Shown here: one piece after another, positions 1-7,201 of the stretch
Numbering within the stretch: the stretch's first letter is position 1
How the letters are laid out: the number at the start of each line of letters is the position of its first letter
From: Thermoplasmata archaeon
GTDB lineage: Archaea; Thermoplasmatota; Thermoplasmata; Lutacidiplasmatales; UBA184
Assembly: GCA_021828085.1 (NCBI GenBank)
Contig: JAKATE010000031.1
Span: 1-16,422, forward strand
Reading direction: 5' to 3'
Length of the DNA stretch: 16,422 nucleotides
Made by a program: the position numbers and the translations under genes
Notes under the pieces: model-generated
Databases searched by the model: none
What the model was told of the DNA's origin: nothing
The model's input: the letters and a program-made list of their open reading frames with translations, nothing else

Positions 1-67
1 TCCTGACACGGGAGCCATCAACCTATCTCTTCCCACCACCGGATCCCGTCGGACCCCCCGGTCCGTC

Positions 68-80
68 AGCTTTTTTTACC
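68..80 (+). promoter_or_regulatory. T-rich TATA-like box (agcTTTTTTTAcc) about 26-32 nt upstream of the Sec61-beta ATG; the geometry suggests a leaderless transcript
   Basis: Seen in sequence: a T7 run at 71-77 sits 26-32 nt upstream of the ATG at 103, and there is no SD-like purine tract between them. Archaeal TATA/BRE geometry is established knowledge; assigning function here is inference. Confidence 0.35.
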
Positions 81-102
81 TTCCTCGCGCCTGTCCCGGG
101 CG

Positions 103-264
103 ATGGCCGAGCAGAAGAACCGCGGTTTTCAGTCCGCTGCGGGTCTCATCCAGTACTACGACATGGAGGAGACCAAGTCGCTCAAGATCCCCCCCGAGGT
201 CGTGGTGGCGATGGGGCTCATCGCGGCCTTCGTGGTCGAGATCCTCCGCTGGAAGTACTCGTAG
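103..264 (+). CDS. secG: Preprotein translocase subunit Sec61-beta (archaeal SecG/Sbh1 homologue), 53 aa. It is absent from the ORF track only because it is short.
   Basis: My translation of 103-264 gives MAEQKNRGFQSAAGLIQYYDMEETKSLKIPPEVVVAMGLIAAFVVEILRWKYS*. The SAAGLI-Y-D motif followed by a single C-terminal TM helix is the hallmark of archaeal/eukaryotic Sec61-beta. It is an ATG start with a TAG stop at 262-264. Confidence 0.8.
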   Translation: MAEQKNRGFQSAAGLIQYYDMEETKSLKIPPEVVVAMGLIAAFVVEILRWKYS

Positions 265-304
265 GCGCCTGAGCGCGCCCCCCCAGCTCCCTGACCCCTC
301 TCCA

Positions 305-328
305 GCCACGTCCTACCTGAAACGTGGC
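305..328. repeat. Inverted repeat (7-bp stem gccacgt/acgtggc, 10-nt loop) in the convergent intergenic space between secG and cysC
   Basis: Seen in sequence at 305-311 and 322-328. There is no adjacent oligo-T tract on either strand, so a terminator role is weak inference. Confidence 0.2.
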
Positions 329-377
329 CCGGGCCCCGCACTCGGGGGCCTCGGACCCCGTCGACCTCTGCGGGAGT

Positions 378-962
378 TCAGCTGGCGAGGAAGCCCTTCG
401 ACCTCAGGTGGCCGAGGATCGTGTCAGCGCAGGTGGTGATGGGTGCGGTGCCGGTGTCGACCACCAGGTCAGCGCTCGTCGGCTCCTCGAACGGGTCGTC
501 CACGCCGGTCATCTGCTTGACCTGTCCCGCGCGGTTGGCCTTGTAGAGCCCCTTCACGTCGCGCTGCTGGCAGACCTCGAGCGGAGCGCGCAGGTACACC
601 TCGGTGTACCGCTCCCCGATCGACGCCCTCGCCGCCTGGCGGGAGGTCTCGTACGGCGTGATGAGCGCGACGATGACCGCGACCCCGTTCCTGGAGAGGA
701 CCCTGGCCACGTAGCTCACCCGGTGCGCATGGGTCTCCCGGTCCTTCCGGCTGAACCCGAGCTCGGGGGAGAGCCCCTTGCGGACCTCGTCGCCGTCCAG
801 GATCTCGACCTTCCAACCCTTCCCTCGCAGGTGCTCGGAGAGGTGCTTCGAGAGCGTGGACTTTCCGGAGCCGGAGAGCCCTTCCATCCACAGGACGAAG
901 CCCGGGTGGCCGTTCGGTTGGGCGGAGTGCGAGGCGGCGTGCGGTTGCGTGTCCGAGGTCAT
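378..962 (-). CDS. cysC: Adenylylsulfate (APS) kinase, 194 aa
   Basis: This is the C-terminal 194 aa of the 726-aa track ORF. It carries the P-loop GLSGSGKST, then LDGDEVR and FSRKDRETHAHRV, which are canonical APS-kinase motifs. The ATG at 962-960 overlaps the TGA stop (961-959) of the upstream gene as ATGA, indicating translational coupling. The upstream 530 aa of the track ORF is an artefactual read-through in another gene's alternate frame. Confidence 0.88.
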   Translation of the reverse strand: MTSDTQPHAASHSAQPNGHPGFVLWMEGLSGSGKSTLSKHLSEHLRGKGWKVEILDGDEVRKGLSPELGFSRKDRETHAHRVSYVARVLSRNGVAVIVALITPYETSRQAARASIGERYTEVYLRAPLEVCQQRDVKGLYKANRAGQVKQMTGVDDPFEEPTSADLVVDTGTAPITTCADTILGHLRSKGFLAS

Positions 963-2362
963 TTGGGGACCCAAGCATCGATGGGCTTCCCTTGCATAAA
1001 GCTCGGGGGGGTCTCCCCCAGGAGCCGCAGGAGCGTCGGAGCGACGTTGAGGATGTCCTCCCGTTCCCCGTGCCGTCCTCCCGCAGGGAAGGTCCGCCGG
1101 GGGTCCGCGAGAGCGTAGACGCCGTCCCAGCCGTGCACGGCGTCGTCCGGCCCGGTGTCGTTCTCGCTGAGGAAGAGCTTCCCGTGCCCCACGGTTCCCG
1201 CCGAGCGCCAGGCCAGGTCCCCGAAGTACGCCATCAGGTCCGGAGCGTCGCCCCGGACGCTGCGGTAGGCGTCCTTCGGACGGGTCACCCGCACACCCAG
1301 GGGGCTTCCGTCGGGCCGCCTCACCTGGGAGAGCTCCGCGCGCAGACGCGACTCGAGCTCGGGGACATCGGAGGCTTTGACGCGCCCCTGCGGTTCGCGA
1401 CCCTTGACGTTGAAGAACAGCCGGGCGTAGTAGCCCCCTGCGCCCCAGACCGAGGTCCGCTTCCAGTCCACGGTGCAAGCTTCCAGGGGCGTGCCGGGGG
1501 CCGTAGGCTTCCCCTTCAGGCTGAGCAGGCCCCGCTCGAGGAGCCACTCGTTGATGCAGAAGCACCCTTCCATCGCCTTCGAGCCGTGGTCGCTGGCCAC
1601 GAGCACGAGGCTCTCCGGAGCCACGAGCTCGAGGAAGGCGCCGATCTCCTGGTCGAGCTGCGCGTAGTAGCGCTCCCCGATGCCCTGGAAGGGGCCCTTC
1701 GGGTCGTAGGAGGGGTGGGTCGGGTCGAAGTACTTCCAGAAGGCGTGGTGGAACCGGTCCGGACCGATGTCGTGGAGGGCGAAGAGGTCCCACGGTCCCC
1801 GCCGGTAGACGTCCCGGGCGATCGCCCAGCGCTGACGCGTCATGGCCAGGAGCTCCTCGAAGAGCTTCTCGCGCTGGTCGTGGCGGAACTCCACGTCGAA
1901 GACGAAGGGGGCGCCGGCCACCCGCTCGAGCTCGGCGCGCAGCGAGGCCGGGTACACCGGGTCGGGGGCGTTGTCGGGGGTCAGGAAGTCGGAGACATAG
2001 ACCCCGTTCACGGGCGGGGGAGGGTAGCCCGGGGGCATGCCCAGGACGGCGACCTTCCGTCCGCGGCGCGACAGGAGGTCCCAGATGGGGGCCGTCTGGA
2101 GCGTCGAGGGGGTCGGGGTGTACTGGTCGAAGTAGGTGCCCGGCCGGCGGTGGCGGAAGCCGTAGACGCCCAGCGTCCCCGGGTCCACGCCGCTGAAGAA
2201 GACCGCCCAGGCGGGCACGGTGATGGGCGGCTCGCAGGTGCGCAGGGGCCCCCACGTGGCGTGCCCGAGGAGCTTCCTCAGGTTGGGCATGTGCGGGAGG
2301 AACCGGTCGAACAGGAGCTCCGGCGGTACCGAATCGAGCCCCAGGACGACGACCGAAGGCAT
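959..2362 (-). CDS. Alkaline-phosphatase-superfamily enzyme of the type I phosphodiesterase / nucleotide pyrophosphatase (NPP, PF01663-like) family, 467 aa
   Basis: The N-terminal VVVLGLDSV matches the G-x-D-G/S metal site. MPNLRKLL...TCEPPITVPAWAVFFSGVDPGTLGVYGF matches the P-[ST]-x-T-x-P ... TG ... HGI nucleophile-region pattern of NPP-type enzymes. There is no C-x-P-x-R sulfatase motif. The stop overlaps the cysC start. Confidence 0.78.
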   Translation of the reverse strand: MPSVVVLGLDSVPPELLFDRFLPHMPNLRKLLGHATWGPLRTCEPPITVPAWAVFFSGVDPGTLGVYGFRHRRPGTYFDQYTPTPSTLQTAPIWDLLSRRGRKVAVLGMPPGYPPPPVNGVYVSDFLTPDNAPDPVYPASLRAELERVAGAPFVFDVEFRHDQREKLFEELLAMTRQRWAIARDVYRRGPWDLFALHDIGPDRFHHAFWKYFDPTHPSYDPKGPFQGIGERYYAQLDQEIGAFLELVAPESLVLVASDHGSKAMEGCFCINEWLLERGLLSLKGKPTAPGTPLEACTVDWKRTSVWGAGGYYARLFFNVKGREPQGRVKASDVPELESRLRAELSQVRRPDGSPLGVRVTRPKDAYRSVRGDAPDLMAYFGDLAWRSAGTVGHGKLFLSENDTGPDDAVHGWDGVYALADPRRTFPAGGRHGEREDILNVAPTLLRLLGETPPSFMQGKPIDAWVPK

Positions 2363-2397
2363 CTCGACCCGAGCTCCCTCGCTCTCCGTTCGAGCCC

Positions 2398-2415
2398 GCG
2401 GTACATATAGCGCGT
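2398..2415. promoter_or_regulatory. Candidate shared divergent promoter element (ggtACATATAGcgc) between the NPP-cysC operon (minus) and the GT4 gene (plus)
   Basis: This is the only A/T-rich patch in the 89-bp divergent intergenic region 2363-2451, sitting about 40-48 nt from each start codon. A purine-rich gacgaaggaag lies immediately before the plus-strand ATG at 2452. Confidence 0.3.
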
Positions 2416-2451
2416 GCGGCCATCCTCGGGAACGCTGACGGACGAAGGAAG

Positions 2452-3711
2452 ATGCGCATCCTCCGGCTCAACGACTGGACAGGACCTCCGGGGGGCGCCG
2501 AGTCGTACGTGACGGCCGTCGCCCGGTCGCTCGAAGAGGAGGGCCATCCGCAGCGCACGATCAGCCTGACCGATGCGCCCTCCGTCTCCGAATACCGGGC
2601 CGAGCCGTGGGAGCGGATCGTCCCGCTCCGACCGATGGGACCCCGCCGGCTCGCGGAGGACCTTGGCGCCGAGCCCCGGGAGTTCGGGCGCGTGGTCGAG
2701 GCGATCGACGAGTTCCGACCGGAGATCGTGCACCTCCACCACTACGACAGCTGGTTCGTTCCCTTCGCACGGCTCCTCCGCGCCTCGAAGGTCCCTCTCG
2801 TGATGACCGCCCACGACGCGAAGCTGGTCTGCCCCATCGGGACCCTGGTGCTCCCCGACGGGGGCCTCTGCACGGGTCGGATCCTTCCCCGGTGCCAGTT
2901 CACCGGATGCGCGGTGGGCCTGGGCCTCGGGTACAAGCTCACGCAGGACCGTTTCTTCCGCACGTACGTCGCCCCCCGCGTGCGGCTCTACCTCGCCCCC
3001 AGCCGGGCCGCGGGCGAGTTCCTGGAACGCCACGGGCTGTCTCCGGTCCAGGTGCTTCCCCCCTTCATCGAGGTCCCTCCGGCGGTGGAGAGCTCCCCGC
3101 CGCCCCTTCCCGAGGGGCCGCCCACGCTGGGATTCCTCGGACGCCTCGAGACGTACAAGGGGCCGTTCACCCTCCTCGAGGCGTTCCTGCGGGCCCGAGA
3201 GCGCGTGCCGGGGCTCCGGCTTATCCTCGCGGGCCGGGGGCCTGCGGAGGCCCGCCTTCGAGAGGAGATCCGCCGCCACGGGCGCGAGGTCGAGGCGGCC
3301 GTCGAGCTCCCCGGATGGGTGAGCGGCGCGGCCAAGGAGACGTTCTTCTCACGGATCCACGTGCTCGCCGTGCCGTCCGAGGGGTACGAGAACTTCGGGC
3401 TCATCGGACTGGAGGCGTTCGTCCGGGGTCGCCCGGCGCTCGGGAGCCGTCTCGGAGGCATCCCCGACTGGCTCGAGCACGAAGGGCAGGGGCTGCTCCT
3501 CCCTCCGGGGGACGTCCGCGCGTGGACCGAAGGTCTGGTGGCGGCCTTCAGCGACCGGGCAAGGCTGGCCAGGTGGGGAGAGGCGGCCCGTCGTCGCTAC
3601 CACGAGCGCTTCCGGCCCGAGGTCCATCTGCGGGGATTGCTCGCGGCCTACGAGCGGGTGTTGAGCGGCCAGGGCCCGCCCCAGGGTCCGGCGCCCGTGG
3701 GACCCGCGTAG
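2452..3711 (+). CDS. GT4-family glycosyltransferase (GT-B fold), 419 aa, with a Cys4 cluster in the N-terminal domain
   Basis: The C-terminal domain carries the E-x7-E signature (SEGYENFGLIGLEAFVRGRPAL...GGIPD). The N-terminal Glyco_transf_4-like domain begins MRILRLNDWTGPPGGAESYV. There are Cys residues at 127, 140, 148 and 153. Confidence 0.85.
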   Translation: MRILRLNDWTGPPGGAESYVTAVARSLEEEGHPQRTISLTDAPSVSEYRAEPWERIVPLRPMGPRRLAEDLGAEPREFGRVVEAIDEFRPEIVHLHHYDSWFVPFARLLRASKVPLVMTAHDAKLVCPIGTLVLPDGGLCTGRILPRCQFTGCAVGLGLGYKLTQDRFFRTYVAPRVRLYLAPSRAAGEFLERHGLSPVQVLPPFIEVPPAVESSPPPLPEGPPTLGFLGRLETYKGPFTLLEAFLRARERVPGLRLILAGRGPAEARLREEIRRHGREVEAAVELPGWVSGAAKETFFSRIHVLAVPSEGYENFGLIGLEAFVRGRPALGSRLGGIPDWLEHEGQGLLLPPGDVRAWTEGLVAAFSDRARLARWGEAARRRYHERFRPEVHLRGLLAAYERVLSGQGPPQGPAPVGPA

Positions 3712-3716
3712 CGGGG

Positions 3717-5747
3717 CTACGACGCGGTTCGGGAGGCGCCCCGTGAGGCCGGGGGGGCGGTCGCGGCGGCGCTCGCGGCGGCCGCAGGAGTGGGGGTCGC
3801 TGCCGGAAGGGCGGCAGGGGTCTGGGCGACGGGGCGCCCATCCAGGGGCTTCGACTGGGAGAGCAGCGTCGCCAGGTAGGCGGAGAAGAGGGAGGTCGCC
3901 CCTCCGTCCGAGCCTCCACCGGTGACCAGGAACTCCGGGGTGATCTTCACGTTGTCCTGGCCGATGCGGTCGATCACCTGGATGAGGGCGACCTTGTCCG
4001 GGCCGAGCACGATGGTCTGCGCCTGGTAGGCGCGCGCCTTGGCCTCTCCCACGGCGACGGTGGCCTGCGCCTCCCCCTGCGCCTTGTTGACCGTGGAGTC
4101 CCGGATCCCCTCCGACTGCGCCACGAGCGCCTTGGCATTGTTCTCCTGGATCGTCACGTTGAGCTGCGCCTGGACGACCTCCGGTTGCTTGTCGGCCATC
4201 GCGGTCTGCTTGGCCACGTCGATCCGCTTCTGCTCGGCCAGGGCCTGCTGCTCGAACTGGGTCTGCTGCTGGACCGCGATCTCCCGGTTGGTCTGCGTCT
4301 CCAGGAGCGACTTGTCCACCTCGATCCAGGAGATGAGCAGGTTCGGGCACTCGACGTAGTACTTGCTGAACGCGTCGCGCGCCTTCTGCAGGGCCTCCTG
4401 CTGGAGGTCGATCCGGCTCTGGAAGAAGTCCAGCGCCTTGCGGTTCCCCGCGCTGTTGCGGAACTCCGCGTCGATGAGCGGGTGGATGATCTGCTGGATG
4501 AGGTTGAAGACGCTCCCGAAACGGGCGATGACGAACGCCGCGTTCTGCGGGAGGATCCGGATGACGACGCGGACGTCCACCTCCAGGATGAACCCGTCCT
4601 TCGAGGTCACCTCGAGCTGGCCGAAATTGAAGAACTCGCTCCCCTTCTCGGTGTCCGAGGCGTCCTGGTACGGGTAGTTCGAGGTGCTGGTGGTGGGGGC
4701 GGCCGGGTTCCGCGACATCTTCACCTGGGCGGCGGGGCCTTCTTCGCTCGCCCAGTCGATCATGATGGCCGAGGTGGGGACCAGGTACGCGCTGTAGGCC
4801 ACCGTGTTCAGGTTGTACTCTCCCGGGGCGAGCGGGTTCTGCAGGATCCCTCTCCGCGCCTTGTCCGTGACGAGCAGGTTCTCGACCTGCTTGGTGATCT
4901 CCTCATCGAACAGCGGGTCGGAGGAGACCGGGGTGGGCCGCATGTCGGAGCGCTGGAGCTCCTCGCCGACGTTGGACCGGAGGACCGAGACGAACCCCGG
5001 GGGGACCTCGTAGACGTCCACCACGCTCACGTTGACGAGCAGGGGGTTGAGGTAGTACTTCCCGGCCTGGAGGGTCCCCAGCTGGGGGCCCCGGAAACCT
5101 CCGCTGTCGATGAACGCCTGACCATCCTGGTAGGAGTTGTGGAACCGGGCCTTCGGGTTCACCGTGCGGTCGACGGTGGGCTCGGGCGCCACCAGGAACC
5201 GGGAGGGGAGCGGCTGGCCGTCCAGGACCGTCACGATCCCGAGCTTCCCCGTGGCGATCCGGGCGGCGGTGCCGGCCTTCACCACGAACGCGCGGGTGTT
5301 GATGCGGTACTTTCCCGGCCGCAGGATGCCGATCTGAGGGCCCTTGGCGCCCCCGTTGTCGAAGAACTTCTCCGCGTCCTGGAACTGGTTGCACTCCACC
5401 TCGTCCCCCAGGATGCGGCCCTTCGGGAGCGGGAGCCCGTCGATGGCCTCGACCATCCCCACCTGGTCCTCTCCGACCTCGATGTTCGGGACCTTCTCGA
5501 CCTTCCAGATGACGGGCATCCGGAAGTACAGGCCCGGCACGAGCATCGTCGCCTGGACCCCGACCTCGCCGTGACGGGCGATGACCTGACCGGGAGGCAT
5601 GCGCTTCCCCCCCATCTTGCGGGTGACGACCCCGTTCTCGTTCTGTCCGATGAGGTAGATCCCCCGCGTCAGGAACAGCACGACCACGAGCGCGACAACG
5701 AGGATGATCACCCAGTAGACGACGTCCAGCCCCAAGAGATCGGTCAT
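3717..5747 (-). CDS. Flotillin / YqiK-like SPFH (band-7) domain membrane protein, 676 aa
   Basis: It has an N-terminal TM helix (VVYWVIILVVALVVVLFLT). Three degenerate G-P-Q-[IL]-G-x-L-x-[AP]-G-K-Y repeats follow, then an SPFH core (FNFGQLEVTSKDGFILEVDVRVVIRILPQNAAFVIARFG). After that comes an Ala/Gln/Glu-rich flotillin-type coiled-coil and an A/P/T-rich low-complexity tail. The start is ATG. Confidence 0.85.
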   Translation of the reverse strand: MTDLLGLDVVYWVIILVVALVVVLFLTRGIYLIGQNENGVVTRKMGGKRMPPGQVIARHGEVGVQATMLVPGLYFRMPVIWKVEKVPNIEVGEDQVGMVEAIDGLPLPKGRILGDEVECNQFQDAEKFFDNGGAKGPQIGILRPGKYRINTRAFVVKAGTAARIATGKLGIVTVLDGQPLPSRFLVAPEPTVDRTVNPKARFHNSYQDGQAFIDSGGFRGPQLGTLQAGKYYLNPLLVNVSVVDVYEVPPGFVSVLRSNVGEELQRSDMRPTPVSSDPLFDEEITKQVENLLVTDKARRGILQNPLAPGEYNLNTVAYSAYLVPTSAIMIDWASEEGPAAQVKMSRNPAAPTTSTSNYPYQDASDTEKGSEFFNFGQLEVTSKDGFILEVDVRVVIRILPQNAAFVIARFGSVFNLIQQIIHPLIDAEFRNSAGNRKALDFFQSRIDLQQEALQKARDAFSKYYVECPNLLISWIEVDKSLLETQTNREIAVQQQTQFEQQALAEQKRIDVAKQTAMADKQPEVVQAQLNVTIQENNAKALVAQSEGIRDSTVNKAQGEAQATVAVGEAKARAYQAQTIVLGPDKVALIQVIDRIGQDNVKITPEFLVTGGGSDGGATSLFSAYLATLLSQSKPLDGRPVAQTPAALPAATPTPAAAASAAATAPPASRGASRTAS

Positions 5748-5946
5748 GTTTGCCTCACGGGGACCCGCCCACGCGGGTCGCGCGCGGGCTCACGAGGGAA
5801 AGTCCCTCGGATCCCGCTCGGTTCTTGACTGGACCGAGCAATCGGATACCCAATGCAATGGACGGGAGATACGGGTTCTTCTATCTTTCGAAGCGAACAG
5901 GGGGGTCTGGATGGGCCCCGGAGGCCCTTCCGACCCGTCCCCGCGC

Positions 5947-7101
5947 TCAGCTCGCGCGGGTCCGTCGGCGGTCGAGCTCGGTGGAGAGGATCCGCCGAAG
6001 CTCGTTGGCCTGGTCCTCCCAGGTCCACTTGAAGAAGGTCGACCTCGCCCGCTCCCCCATGGCCCTCGCTTCCTGGGGATGGTCCGCGACCCACTCGAGC
6101 GCGTGGACGAGGGCTTTCGCATCCCCCGCGGGGATCTCGACGTAGTCGGTCCCGGGGACCCCGCGGTCCACGGACGATTCCGCGGTGGTGATGATCGGAA
6201 GGCCGAGCCCCGCAGCCTCGGGGAGGGGCAGGGGCGACCCCTCGTACCTCGTCGGGAACGCGAAGACGTCGGAAGCGGCCATCATCTGGCGCTTCGTCGG
6301 CCCGTCGATGAACCCGTAGCCGATCTCAAGGGCGCTGCGGGTCTTCGAGTTCCCCGCGTTGAGGATGGTCCACGGCTTTCCGCTCGCCTGGAGCATCTCG
6401 ACGCTCTTGCGAAGCACGTCGAGGCCTTTGCGGTACCAGTCCACGCCCACGAACGAGGCGTAGTGCCGTCCCTCCTCCAGCCCGAGGGCCTTCCTTGCCG
6501 CGGCCCGCTCCTCAGGAGTGACCGGGGGCACCGGCGTGGCGCCGTTCGGCAGGACGTAGATCGCCTCGAGAGGGAGCCCGTACAGCTCGTGGATGTCGTC
6601 CTTGTTCCGCTTCGAGGCGGCGATGACCACGTCCGCCCGCTTCAGGTGCGACCTTTCGAACGGGGGGATCAGCATGCGCTCCAACGACAAGCCGAGCCGT
6701 CCTCGGAGCCCCTCCCGGTTCGCGTAGTCGAAGTACCGGGGGGCGACGCCCTGGACCCAGTCTACGCCGAGGACCCCCTTCCGGCGCCCGCGCTCGAACA
6801 TCCCCCCGCCTCCCAGGTCGCCGCTCGAGATCATCGCGTCGAAGGAGCTGTCGAGCGCGTTGCCGACCTTCCGCGGGAACTCCCAGCTTCCGAGCCGCGA
6901 GTTCCGGGCCTCCATCGGGGAACGTACCGCCTGGACCTCGATCCCTTCCCAGGGGTCCCGAAGCGCCACGGTGGCCTCCGGCACGAAGGCCACCACCTTG
7001 TCCCCCTTCGCCGCGAGGAAGCGCAGGACCTCGCGAAGGAGGCGGGTGTGGCTCCAGGTGGGGTCGGAGGGATGGGAGTGGAAGAGCGCCCCAATCTTCA
7101 T
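5947..7101 (-). CDS. GT4-family glycosyltransferase, 384 aa
   Basis: It carries the E-x7-E motif (TRYEGSPLPLPEAAGLGLPIITT) within GT-B architecture. It has an ATG start with an A/T patch (gtagataagg, 7148-7157) about 50 nt upstream. Confidence 0.85.
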   Translation of the reverse strand: MKIGALFHSHPSDPTWSHTRLLREVLRFLAAKGDKVVAFVPEATVALRDPWEGIEVQAVRSPMEARNSRLGSWEFPRKVGNALDSSFDAMISSGDLGGGGMFERGRRKGVLGVDWVQGVAPRYFDYANREGLRGRLGLSLERMLIPPFERSHLKRADVVIAASKRNKDDIHELYGLPLEAIYVLPNGATPVPPVTPEERAAARKALGLEEGRHYASFVGVDWYRKGLDVLRKSVEMLQASGKPWTILNAGNSKTRSALEIGYGFIDGPTKRQMMAASDVFAFPTRYEGSPLPLPEAAGLGLPIITTAESSVDRGVPGTDYVEIPAGDAKALVHALEWVADHPQEARAMGERARSTFFKWTWEDQANELRRILSTELDRRRTRAS

Positions 7102-7201
7102 GGCTCGGCCGTCCCCGAGAGCACCCGTCGCGCAGCCGGCACCCCGTAGATAAGGCGGGCGGGGCCCTCTGCCCTCCCTCGCGAGCCGGACGACCTTCCC
7201 C

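Noticed and set aside
992-2410. A 472-aa plus-strand ORF antisense to the NPP-like gene. Similar long antisense or alternate-frame ORFs lie at 324-1118, 2607-3746, 3349-4350, 4185-5828, 5746-7149, 7098-8048, 7571-8905, 8445-10028, 8830-9630, 8924-9874, 11051-11983 and 12294-14093.
   Set aside because: Their compositions are low-complexity (R/G/P/A/E/D-rich) with no recognisable motifs. Each fully overlaps a confidently recognised gene on the other strand or in another frame. This is the typical high-GC artefact.
378-2558. A 726-aa minus-strand ORF apparently fusing a large N-terminal region to the APS kinase
   Set aside because: Only the C-terminal 194 aa (378-962) has APS-kinase motifs. The upstream 530 aa is an R/G/P/A-rich alternate-frame read-through of the real NPP-like gene (959-2362, a different frame). 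Such long spurious ORFs are expected at about 68% GC.
5793-5812. gagGGAAAGTCCctc resembles the RNase P RNA P4/CR-I motif (GGAAAGUCCGG) in the 199-bp spacer upstream of the flotillin gene
   Set aside because: The motif closes immediately into a local hairpin (gaggga/tccctc). None of the other RNase P conserved regions (ACAGAA, GGUGAAA, etc.) occur in the 5748-5946 spacer, which is also too short.
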